Shown: piece by piece, positions 23,279-34,378 of the stretch
Numbering within the stretch: the first letter of the stretch is position 1
Layout of the letters: every line of letters starts with the position of its first letter
Assembly: GCA_963693365.1 (NCBI GenBank)
Contig: CAVNZM010000013.1
Coordinates: 2,629,817-2,693,816 of the forward strand
Direction of reading: 5' to 3'
Source of the DNA: Amoebidium appalachense
Taxonomy: Eukaryota > Protista > Ichthyosporea
DNA length: 64,000 bases
Translations under genes and position numbers: made by a program
The notes under the pieces: generated by a model
Told to the model about the DNA's origin: nothing
Seen by the model: only the letters and a program-made list of their open reading frames with translations
Database searches by the model: none

Positions 23279-24454
23279 CGGTTTGGTCCGACACCTGTGG
23301 GGTTGGTTCCCACTTGTCGCTTACGGGGTCGTATGCACGACCTTCCGCCAGCGCGAACAGTTCGCAGAAGAGCTCGATTTCCATCTCGCATCGGCGTTTG
23401 CGCTCGAGCAGTTTCTCACCAGAAAACATTGGTTCCTTCGTGTCCGTGTCTATCACGCTCGTAGCATCGTTTTCCAACTTTGCGAGGAACTCTTTTGCCT
23501 TGCTGATGCGTACACGACAACCTGTGGCGCACGCATTCTTAGCAGACACTTTACGTTCTTTGTCTGCTTTCTGAATGTTTTCCGGCGCGCATGGGTCGTA
23601 GCTTGGGAGGTGGGTGAAGAAGCTTCCACACCCCTTTGTCGCGTCACGGATGAACGCACGGTTATAGTCGCCCCGTACTGCTACTTCCAGCACATCGTAT
23701 CCAATGAAGGACAGACAAAGGATGCGAGAGCACCGGAAGCCGAGAGCCTTGAAGATGGACCACATGGCCCTGTGTGGGCGTCTGCCGTGCTTGACTTTGA
23801 AATACACCCTCTCGTATTTGGGTGGGATGTTGATGTTACCGTTTGCTTGGGTGTTCCCCTTAGCCGGCGGTTTGGGAGGGGAGTTGCGGCGGTACTCGTT
23901 GCCTGCAAGAATGCTGGCATATGTTTCCTTGGCAATTTGGCGGAGCTCGGGTGTTTACGAGAGTTCGCATATTCTAGGAACTCTGCCGGGAGCTGTGCTT
24001 CCGGTCCTGTGTTGTTTTGTGTTGGGGTGGAAATGTCTCCGTCGCGAGATGTTTGCTCATGAGTTTTGGGGTTTTGCGATCCACTAATGTTTAGCTGGGC
24101 TGTGAGTGAATCAATGGTGAGCTTGAGTTGGGTATTTTCTGTTTGGAGTTTTTCTATCATGTTCTTGAGTGGTAACAGCTCATCTAGCTGTTTCTTAACG
24201 AGGGCAAGTTCTGCCAGTACTGTATCAACCGAAAGTTTCGGCATGGTTGTTATTGTGTTTCTACGGAGTGGTGTGGTGTTATTCTGAATGGGTAGTGTAT
24301 TGTAAATAGGTGTTGCGCTTAGTCTAAGGCGATGTTTTTCTGGTTGTGCATCTGTGGTAGGTGTATCTGCTGGACGTTTTAATGGTCGCACATGTGTGAT
24401 GGGTGTAGATGGAACTTTGAAAGAGGTTCTGAAACGATTATAGGCATGTGCCAT
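23271..24454 (-). CDS. LINE ORF1 (coiled-coil), split by a single frameshift near 23950
   Basis: Coiled-coil LAELALVKKQLDELL..LQTENTQLKLTIDSL. Restoring one C in AAACACCCGAG reads KHPELRQIAKETYASIL...ERVYFKVKH through to the stop at 23271. The true start may be MPKLSV near 24244. Confidence 0.7.
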
Positions 24455-25100
24455 GACATGGATGGGGGTGTTCCCCGGCCCTTAGGGCCACGGATGGCCT
24501 GGTTTAGGGGTGGATGCGCGAAGGATACTATTTATTAGCAGATAATAAAGAGCGACATTTGAATCGATGTGTGCGACTGAATCGATGTGTGTGTTAAATC
24601 CCCCGTGATGTTTGATTTGATATTGGAATTCAGACGTTCCAATCAAATCACCTGAACATCACACTGCTGAGTCTGTGGGGACTCATTTTATCACTTTGTT
24701 TACATTCCCATCATTCCATATCACAAACGCCAAATTGGGGATATTTTTCTTCTCTTTCTTCTCCGTCTTCTTCCTAATAATCAACGTTTCATTACACATC
24801 TCGCTATATTATTTATTTTCTTAAAAAAAACACCATACTATTATGCACTGTTAGCTGCGTAGATAAACGCACAGTCGTGATCTCATGCTAGCTTGCCGCC
24901 GCCGTCACAGTTTTATCAGCGCAAGCGCATCACAAGCAAGACCGTGTCTACAGCCGCAAGGCGATAAAAAACCGCAGCGCAGACGCAGAGGCACTAGTCC
25001 GTTGAGGCCTGCTTAGTGATCACACTTCAACTTTCGCTCGGACAGAAACACGTACGCCCATCTTCTGTACAACCCCAGCGATCACCCGACAAAACACAAA

Positions 25101-25682
25101 ATGGCCTCCGTTCTTCGTCGTGCAGGCGGACTCCTTTGCCTTGTGGCCCTCATTGGCGATGCATCTGCCCGCAGCAGCGAGAGCAACAACATGCTCAAGG
25201 TGGCCCTGGCTGGTTCAAACCCGTGCACTCGCGGCCCCTCCTACTGGTGTTCGTCGAGAGACACTGCAAAGTCGTGCAACTTTGAGCCTTTGGACTGCTG
25301 GAAGTACTGCGACCCTCGCGGACAGGCGCCCATGAACTCCATCCTGTGCAACGAGTTGATGTCTATCTACGCCGCCGGCGCCCAGAACAGCGCTGCTGTC
25401 GCATCGGCAAAGAGGATGCTCCGTCCTGATAACGGCGCCGACAAGATTCGTGTTGGCAATAGAAACCGTGATAACTTGAACATTGTTAACGATGGCTTCA
25501 AGAGCGGGGCACTTGGGGCAAACCCGTGCACCTACGGGCCAAGCCACTTCTGTCGGTCGATTGACAATGCTTACAACTGTGGGCTTGACGAAGGCGATTA
25601 TGAGGTAGCGTGTGGGAGGTACTGCGCCTCGAACGATATTGATAGCGATGTGTGCGAGTATTTGGACACCATGCGCAGATAA
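25101..25682 (+). CDS. Secreted 193-aa protein with two saposin A-type (SapA) domains
   Basis: Signal peptide; GSNPCTRGPSYWCSSRDTAKSC and GANPCTYGPSHFCRSIDNAYNC match the SapA pattern G.n.Ct.GP.yWC.....A..C; intronless ORF. Confidence 0.85.
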   Translation: MASVLRRAGGLLCLVALIGDASARSSESNNMLKVALAGSNPCTRGPSYWCSSRDTAKSCNFEPLDCWKYCDPRGQAPMNSILCNELMSIYAAGAQNSAAVASAKRMLRPDNGADKIRVGNRNRDNLNIVNDGFKSGALGANPCTYGPSHFCRSIDNAYNCGLDEGDYEVACGRYCASNDIDSDVCEYLDTMRR

Positions 25683-25804
25683 ATAATTTTTGTTGTTGGC
25701 CCTAGCGCTTGCCAAAACAGATGCGCGCACACGTACACATACACTGGGTGTACATGTACACATACACACAGGTATGCGCATGCACACACACACACACACA
25801 AACT

Positions 25805-25837
<33 letters not shown>

Positions 25838-27843
25838 TATTTAATACGTTGCATATAAGGGACTCTTCAGCACAGCCAATTCCAAGTGACCGATGATGCA
25901 TGGTTAGTTAATATGATGTTGATTCAATATGCTCAAAGGACAGACTCCCCGAACCCAGGCTTAGCAAGTTGCTCATTGATAGTGCCCATTACATTCACTT
26001 TGTGCTTGCCGGGGGCAACTGTTACAGACAGTGTCGTCTGATTTGCATCAATTTCCTGTGTAAATGTGTTCTGGCCTTGAGACTAAGTAGCAGTGCACTA
26101 TTTGTCCTGGAATAAAATAAAAATGTCTCTCCCGCATGCTTTTGATGAATTGGCCTGGTGATTGTTGATTTTCGCAACTGCCCCCCCCCCCCCCTCCCTC
26201 CCCCCCCCCCCCCCCTCCCTCCCTCCCTTTCCCTCCAATGACCAATACACGCACACACACGTGATCACACGCGCACACACACACACAGACACGCACGCTC
26301 ACACCCACGCGTGCACACTATCGTGAAAGACACTTGTCCGCAAGTAAGGGCATAGTAGATTGATATTGGGGGGCCAATGGGAGACCCTGTGAGTCACACC
26401 ATGGTTGCACCGTGATGCCTCTTTTTTGTTTTGCTTTGTTTTCTTTTTTTTGTGTGTGGGTGGGGGGGGGGGGGGGGGGGGGGGAGAGACAGAGACAGAG
26501 AGAGAGAGAGAGAGAGACTCTCAGTGATTCAATCATCCGCCAATAGTGACAGTGAGATACAAGTGCAAAAAAAAAAAGAGACTAATATAGTGATAGTTCG
26601 CATGGCACATTTCTAGACTCCAGACTGGAGAGAGCCTTCGGGAGGAAGGGGGAGAGTAGAGAGGGAGACGTGTCAGACATCAGAGACAGAGTCGAGAGAG
26701 AGAGAGCGCCTCGGTGAGAGAGGGGGGGAGGGGGGGGGGGGGGAGGGGGGGGGGGGGGGAGGGGGGGGGACCGTGCATATGTCAGAAACAGCCGGAGAGA
26801 GAGGAGAGCTCGAGCTCAGTGCAGCAACAGTTCGAATATTATGCACGAGGCTGAGTGAGTGAGGGATGGTGTCATGAGCTGATGAAAGGTGTTGCTAGAA
26901 TATCAATGGGAGTGGTCCAGGAAAGGAAAAGGAGAGGCTGAGGGGATGGGGCGGGAGGACAGGTGGGATTGACGGCATCGCCACTTCGGACACAATTGCA
27001 AATGCCGTATGTACATCTCATCGATATCATTAGGGCAGTGACAGTATTTGGGCGAACTTCGCGGCCCCTTCCTGGTCAGCTTCCGGCGGCCCCTGACGTC
27101 ATCACACTTGCGCAAGGGCCTGTTATACAGGGCGGTCACTGGTCCCTCTAACTCACAAAACTTTTGTGCCAAAAAAAATAGTCTACATTTCAAGACTCTG
27201 TGTTGACTCAATCTTGCGTTACCCATAGTCCCGTCAAGATCAACGTGACGTCACCCTGTTTTCCGAAGAATCAGCGCTCGAAAAGTTTTGATCGTACCTA
27301 AAAGGTTATCGAATTTGATTTTTTTTTAATACCAAGCGCGCATTTTCCTGTACACAGGCCCTTTTTTTCCATAATCCATTATTAACAAATGGCTTTTAAT
27401 TGCTTTTCGTAATGAGGTCGCAGTGTTTGTCGTGGTATACGTAGATACGACCCCTTTGAAACCAAATTCGAACCCTGCCTCGGCAGGATGGTGTGAAATC
27501 TTTTTCATAAAAAGTCACATAGAGTATTCTGCGAGACGTCACTCAGACGTGTACAGCTTGTCTCTCTTTTTTTCTTTTAATATTACGTAAGTATTTTTAC
27601 ATGTGCGCACACAAAGGCTTCGCCCGTCATGGCCAATTGTCGTAGCATTAGTCATTACTATCTCGTATTATTATTGTTAAACTGTACATGTGACACGTGT
27701 ACACGACGCGGGGCCACAGGCAGACGTCGCGATTGTCAACTTGCAAATATTTGAAGGCAGAGAAATGAAACGGCCTAACGGGCGAAAGGGAGATTATGAG
27801 GGCAATGAAGAGTTTTTTTTTTTTTTTTTTTTTTTTTGGGGGT

Positions 27844-27889
<46 letters not shown>

Positions 27890-28434
27890 CAAAACTGCCA
27901 CCGCGTGAGATTACTTGGAATGTATTTCACCATCCAATCAAAATCGACGTCTTTGTTTGTTTACATTCTTTGCATTTCCCGTTAAAAGTTCAATCCTCAC
28001 CATTATGCGGTTTTTCTTCTCTTCTGCCATTTCTATTTTCCCTTTCAGCACTCCATTTGCTAAATTTTTTTAACCAAATTATTCTCTACATGCATCCGTT
28101 TCCAAAAAGATTTACGCTCAATATATGTTCCAGCCTTTTCTTCAATTACTATGTAACAATCGTCGTCACGTGTGCAGCGCCGCCCATATGCATGGGACCC
28201 GCTGAGTGGCGCTGACCGTCGGCGCCATAGTGTGGCACAGTCTGACATCTGACACAGAGGTGACCCCCTGCATTGGCAAGAGCATAAGCCTGTGTGAAAA
28301 ACTTTTCAACACCAAAAAACGAACGAACGAGCGTGATACGAACACGCTGCATGCACATATAATAGAGTCTAGCGATTTTATGCATTTTAATATATCCTTC
28401 CACCCACTTAGGCAAATAATATTAAGCAACTAGA

Positions 28435-29130
28435 ATGACGTCCATACTTTCTCGCCTAGGCGGTCTGAGTCTTTTTTGCTTTGCGTTGCTCATAAGCAAT
28501 GCGTCCGCGCGCAGCTGGTCAAGCAGCAACAAGGTGGCGCGCAAGATGTCCGTTAAAGTTGCGGACCCATGTTCAACATACGGCCTCGCCTACGTGTGTG
28601 CGTCGAGGGACACTGCGCGCTCGTGCAACTATGATCCGTTGGACTGTAGGGATTACTGCGACGTTCACAGCGACGCCCCTATGAACTCCCCTCTGTGCAA
28701 CGAGTTGTGGTCGATGGTGAACATTGAGGGAAAGAGGATGCTCAATATCAACAACCGTGACATGATGGTGTACGATGACTTTGTCGGATACAAGAGAAAC
28801 AAAAACTGGCAACTTCGAGAAGTTTTTCACAAGAGAAACCGAGAGAATCTGAACATGGTGAACGATGGGTTCACGAACGAAGGCAAGACACAGGCTGACA
28901 TGGATTGGCACAACGGAAGATTTAAGAGCGAAGAGGTTGGTACCTATACAAACTTGTGTGCTTCCGAGGGCGTTATGCACTACTGCCGATCAAGGGAGAT
29001 TGCAGAGGAGTGCGGGATTAAAGAAAGTGACTATGAGGTGGCTTGTGGTGACCTGTGTAAGAAAATCTCAAACATGAGGATTTACATGGGTGTGTGCATG
29101 TATTTGAAAGAAAAATATTCCCGAAATTGA
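28435..29130 (+). CDS. Paralogous secreted 231-aa double SapA-like protein
   Basis: Colinear with 25101-25682 (ASARS, SRDTA.SCN..PLDC..YCD....APMNS.LCNEL, KRML, NR.NLN.VNDGF, DYEVACG..C, VC.YL). Confidence 0.85.
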   Translation: MTSILSRLGGLSLFCFALLISNASARSWSSSNKVARKMSVKVADPCSTYGLAYVCASRDTARSCNYDPLDCRDYCDVHSDAPMNSPLCNELWSMVNIEGKRMLNINNRDMMVYDDFVGYKRNKNWQLREVFHKRNRENLNMVNDGFTNEGKTQADMDWHNGRFKSEEVGTYTNLCASEGVMHYCRSREIAEECGIKESDYEVACGDLCKKISNMRIYMGVCMYLKEKYSRN

Positions 29131-30282
29131 ATTACGTTACGTACATAATTATATACACCATCACACATACACTGTCAGAAAGAATATGTCAGATAGCGTA
29201 CGTGGTAGGTGTCAGGCTCTTCTACAGGTCGGTCTAACTTGATATATATGGGCCACGGGCGCTATATGTATAACAGTAATTTCTGGCTCCGGCACTTTCG
29301 ACTCTTAAACTGTTCGATCGGTTAATATCAGAATTGAAGCTAGCCTGGGGTAATTATAAGAAGATTCAAACTCGCACACAGTGGAATTCACTGATTCGCG
29401 GAGGTTCTCTGACAACTGAGTTCACTTGTCAATTTGAATCGTTCCACATTTTCCCCGTTTTTTTTTTTTTTTCTTTTTTTTTTGTAGCTGTAGTGTTGAT
29501 TCGATTATTAATTACACATATCTTTAGTAAAGAGTGGCTTCTGTATTTGATCCTAGGACATTTACAGGGTTTGCTAGGCGGATGTGGTAGACTAAAAAGT
29601 GGCAGCTTGTGCAACAAATAAACGTTTATGTTTAGATATGTGTGATATTCGAGATATCCATGTACTGAAAAATAAATCACCGTATATCCCCTTGAGTTTA
29701 ATCTAGCATCCTCGTGCCATGGAAGCCTCCCTCGCTCCCTTCGAATTCCCCCCCCCCCCCCCCCCCCCCCCCTCCCCCAAAACCCCCAACCCCCAACCCA
29801 ACTTCCCCCCTGAATTCCCAACTCCATCACCACTTCCACATTAGAACCGCACGCACCCACAGAGAGAGCGGATTTTTCTTTTTCTTTTTCTTTTTTTTTT
29901 TTTTTTTTTTTTTTGGTGGTGGTGGTGGGGGGCGAGAGGGGGGGGGAGGGGGGGGGGGGATCATTCGGGCTGACAGACTCCAATCGATTTTTCTATTTTT
30001 TTGGTGGATTGGGCCTGGGTCAGAAAGGGAAGGGGGAGGGGGGTTCCGAAAAACTGGGGCATATGAGCATGAACAAGCCTGGGGTGGGTGGGAAAGGGGC
30101 AGGGGAGGGAGGGAGGGAGGGGGGGGGGTCAGGCAGTCACGGTGGGCAGGAGGGGGGTTCCCCCTTAGAGACGTATCATCTCGATCTCTTTATCTCTTTC
30201 CGATGCTTTCTTGCTCTTCCTCTTTCCCACTTCCCCTCAGGCTCTCTCTCTTTCTCTCTCCTCTCTCTCTCTATCTCTCTCT

Positions 30283-30408
<126 letters not shown>

Positions 30409-30549
30409 CCTCCCTCCCTTCCCCCCCTCCCCCCTCTCTCACCCTCTCACCCTCCCCCCTCTTCTCTCTCTCTGACACACACACACACACACACACTCCC
30501 CCCCCACTCCCCCCCCCCCCCCCCCCCCCCTCCCCTCCCTGCTCTCAAG

Positions 30550-30730
30550 CATATCACCATAAATAAGAGCATATATCACAAATGCTATAGAAGTGTATCA
30601 TAATAACAACATATCACGATAGAAGCCGATATCATAATGGGAACATATCACACTAGAAATGATATCACCATAGGGGCATCTATAGGAGCACATATCACAC
30701 AACATGAGCATATCACAATAGGAGCATAGG
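30550..30730. repeat. Degenerate minisatellite with atatcac core
   Basis: About nine (at)atca(c/t) cores at roughly 17-30 bp spacing. Confidence 0.6.
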
Positions 30731-31357
30731 ACCCCCCCTCCCCCCCCCCCCCTCGATCCCCCTCCCCCACTTCCCCCCCCCCCCCCCCCCCTCCCCTCTC
30801 TCCCCCACGACATTTTCTCCTCCTTCTCCCCTTCTAATTAGTGGTGGCACATATAGCCTTATGAATCGCACCTACTGGACACTTACGAGCATCTATAAAG
30901 TTGAAAAACTCTACACAACATTTTTTTGCACAACATAATGTCCAAATAAATCAAGGGGATTTTTCCTCCCCTGGGCTGGGAGAACCCCCCCCCCCTCCCC
31001 CCCCCTTCCCCCACAGCCCCCCCCCCCCCCCCCCCCCCTCCCTCCCCCCCCCCCAAACCCCACCCCCACACCCCACCCCTCCCCACCTTGGGCCCTCCCC
31101 ACCCCACCAAACGTATGTGCGCGCACACACACATTGTATATACACACACACGTGCGCGCATGCACACACACGGCATCCTGGCTGCCCCTCTTCCCCCCTT
31201 CCCACCCCTCCCCCCCCCCCCCCCCCTTCCCCCCCCTCCTTGTACCACCCCGTCCTGCGACGGCTACCGTGCCCCTGTACCCTGCCTTCCCCCCCCCCCC
31301 CTCCCCCCCCCCCCTCCCCCCACCCATATAACCCGCCCACCCACCCACCCACCCACC

Positions 31358-31390
<33 letters not shown>

Positions 31391-31444
31391 CGGAGCACAC
31401 CCTTGCGGCAAGCTACCTCCCCCCACCCATTTCTCCACCCCCCA

Positions 31445-31491
<47 letters not shown>

Positions 31492-32661
31492 AAAAAAGGA
31501 GAAAACCTACGTTCAATATGCCACACCAGCTTTTCTACTTCACTTTGCCCCCCTCCTCCCCCCCCCCCCCCTCTCCCCTCCCCCCCAACCCCCCTCCCCC
31601 CCCCCCTAGCCTACCCCCTCCCCATCTCCCCCCCCAAATCCCTCACTGGGGGGTGGGGGGGGGAAGGGGGCAGAAGGGGGGGGGGGGAGGGGGGGGGGGG
31701 GGAGGAAGGGTTGGTTGCGTGGTGCATGGACGAAAAAACACATCAGCCAGGGGCTACCAACCACTCACACCGCATGCATTCTGCATGTAGTATGGGGTGG
31801 TGAGAGACCTATCCCACTGAGCCCGTAAACCAGGGAATCACTGGAATTCCGGAATTAATGGCAAAATGTGATTGGTTGATTTAGCAGCCGTGCCTGGGGC
31901 TGATCTAGACAGATAATGGTTACTTCTTGGAGCCCTCCCTATATACACATGCTACCATCGGCTTATAGGTCTCTTAACTTGTGGTTTTGGCCGTTTTTAG
32001 GGGGGTTTGCTTAAGGCCGATATATGGGCCTTTCCGTGTCAGGCCAAGATCCTGTCTGATGCCCAAATCACCAATCACAAAGCGTAACTCGCCTTCGGGT
32101 CTGACCCGACCCGGATCTCTGGGGGGTTTTCTTAGGCCGATTTATTGTCACAGCTTTTTGGTCCTCGGATCGGGCCATATGATGTTTGATGCGCACCAAG
32201 CCAATCATATTACACATATCCTATTCAGTTCTGACCCGACCCGAATAACTTACAGAAGCCCCTTTTAAATACATAGCACCTCATCGTAGGGGGGCCTAGG
32301 CCCGTGAACGAAACGGTAAACGGTACTGAAAAATGATTGGGTGAAGCTGAAGGCTATACTTAGGTGTAGTTGTGGGGTGTGTGCTAGTTCCTACTTTAAA
32401 TTGTGTAGCCTCCGTTTTTCCATGATGATTGGATAGTACATAGTTGTGGTAACGCAAAATTTAATGACTCGTTAGCTACTTTAACCAAATTGAATCACAG
32501 TAAGGATTTGTGTAAGTGGGTTTTGCAGCCGAATAGCATGAGGTCATTTTATAGGTTTAAGAAGATTTTGCTGGCGCGTTTGTAGATTGATTTTGCCTGT
32601 AAATTGGGACCTTGAATCTACGGATCTAGATGGTAATGTTGTGGGTGCTACGGCCGTGTGT

Positions 32662-32692
<31 letters not shown>

Positions 32693-32810
32693 GGGGGGGG
32701 AGGGGGGGGGGGGGGGGGGGGGGGGGGGAGGAGGGGGGGGGGAGGGGGGGGGGGGGCGGGAAAGGGGGCGAGCGAGGGGGGAGGGGGAGGGGCGGAAGGA
32801 ATGGGGAGGG

Positions 32811-32954
32811 ATTTGATCGCGGAACAGGGTAACACTTACCTGAGGTTGAGAAACACGGTGCATGGCACAGTATGTATAATGTTATGCAAAAGAAATCGCG
32901 AACTATATATAAAAATCAGCAACGCGTACTATAGGCAGCATAAGCAGAGCCCGG
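32811..32954 (-). repeat. Diverged 5'-truncated copy of the SINE-like repeat
   Basis: Reverse complement begins ggggctctgcttatg and ends gttccgcgatcaaat+C-rich tract, like the copy at 9022-9305. Confidence 0.6.
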
Positions 32955-32956
32955 GG

Positions 32957-33022
<66 letters not shown>

Positions 33023-33050
33023 ATGTGTGTGTGTGCGCGCGCGTGTGTGC

Positions 33051-33143
<93 letters not shown>

Positions 33144-33507
33144 CTTGTCTGTGTGTGTTTTTGTGTGTGTGCCGTTCTGGTCCTTTTTTTTTTTTTTGTG
33201 TGTGTGTGGGGGGGAGGGGGGGGGGCGGGGCATGAGAAACTGGGGAGGGGGGGGGGTGGGGGGAACCTTGGGGGGAGGGGGGAGGGGCGCAGGGGGGGAA
33301 GGGGGTGGACGGAGGGGGAGGACGGAGGGGGAGATGGGGGGGGGGGGGGGGGGGACCTTTTTTTTGGGGGGGGGGGGGGGGGGGGGGGGGGAAAGAGGGT
33401 AGGAGGGAGAGGACGGAGGGGGAGGCGGAGGGGGGGTGGGGGGATGAATAGGGAGGGGCTGGCATATTGGTCTTTCGTTTGCGAGAGCATTCGCGTGTGT
33501 TGCAACA

Positions 33508-33542
<35 letters not shown>

Positions 33543-33873
33543 ACGCGCGCGTGCGTGTGTGCGCGCGCGTGTGCGCGTAAGACCTAGTGGATGCCCCCCT
33601 CCCTTCCCTCAACGGGGAGGTTAGAAGGGGAAGAGGGGGGGGGGGGGTTGCGGACGGGGACGGAGCAGAGTATACCAGTGAGAGGCACGGTCATACACGG
33701 ACTGATGCTGACTGGTTTACTCTGCAATATGTGTGTAACAGCAAATTCGAAAGGACGGCACCGGAAACGGGAAGGGGGGTGGGGGAGGGGGCAGGGATGG
33801 GGGGGGGGAGAGTTGGAGAGGGGGGAGGATGGGAGGGGGGAGGAGGAAGAGGGGGGGGGGGGGGGGGGGGGGG

Positions 33874-33982
33874 GTTGGAATTATGCGCTACAGTGCACGA
33901 AGTACAGATCCAACTGGGACAAGATTTCGAAAATGCAGAGGGCAAGAAACGTAAATTATGTAACATAAGCAGTTCCCATACC
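33874..33982 (-). repeat. Diverged 5'-truncated copy of the SINE-like repeat
   Basis: Reverse complement atgggaactgcttatg...gtacttcgtgcac...gcgcataattccaa+Cn. Confidence 0.6.
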
Positions 33983-34378
33983 GGGAAGGGGGGGGGGGGG
34001 GGGGGGGGGAGAACGAAGGGAACACCATGCAAAGGAGGGGAGGCGGGGAGGGGAGGGGGGGGGGGGGGTATTCACGACACCGAGTTATAGTTTACAGTGC
34101 ATGGCGCACACAGTGCAACCAATAAGAATGATATTTATTTATAGAACGTGTTGTTCGAATCACCTATAGACCACACGGGCGAAAGCCCTGGGATAGTATT
34201 CAACTACTACTAAATACATGATAATGTCCTGCTGAGCGTGGGCAGCCGACATCGCCAATCTTTAAAAAAGTCCTTTATAACATGAAATTTCCGATTCTGG
34301 AAAATTCGGATCATAATGAAGATTAAGTTTGTGGAAATTCGATTGCCGAATATACACATTTCTCATTTTTTTCTCCCC

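Larger units (their letters stand above)
19945..24469 (-). mobile_element. Full-length non-LTR retrotransposon (LINE; ORF1 + APE-RT ORF2)
   Basis: Poly(T) 19945-19981 is the poly(A) tail; 8-bp direct repeat gttccccg at 19937-19944 and 24470-24477 is the likely TSD; two-ORF organisation. Confidence 0.88.

Noticed and set aside
29305-29335. U2 snRNA-like words (ctgttcgatcggttaatatcaga)
   Set aside because: No branch-pairing GTGTAGTA, 5' stem or Sm site in register.
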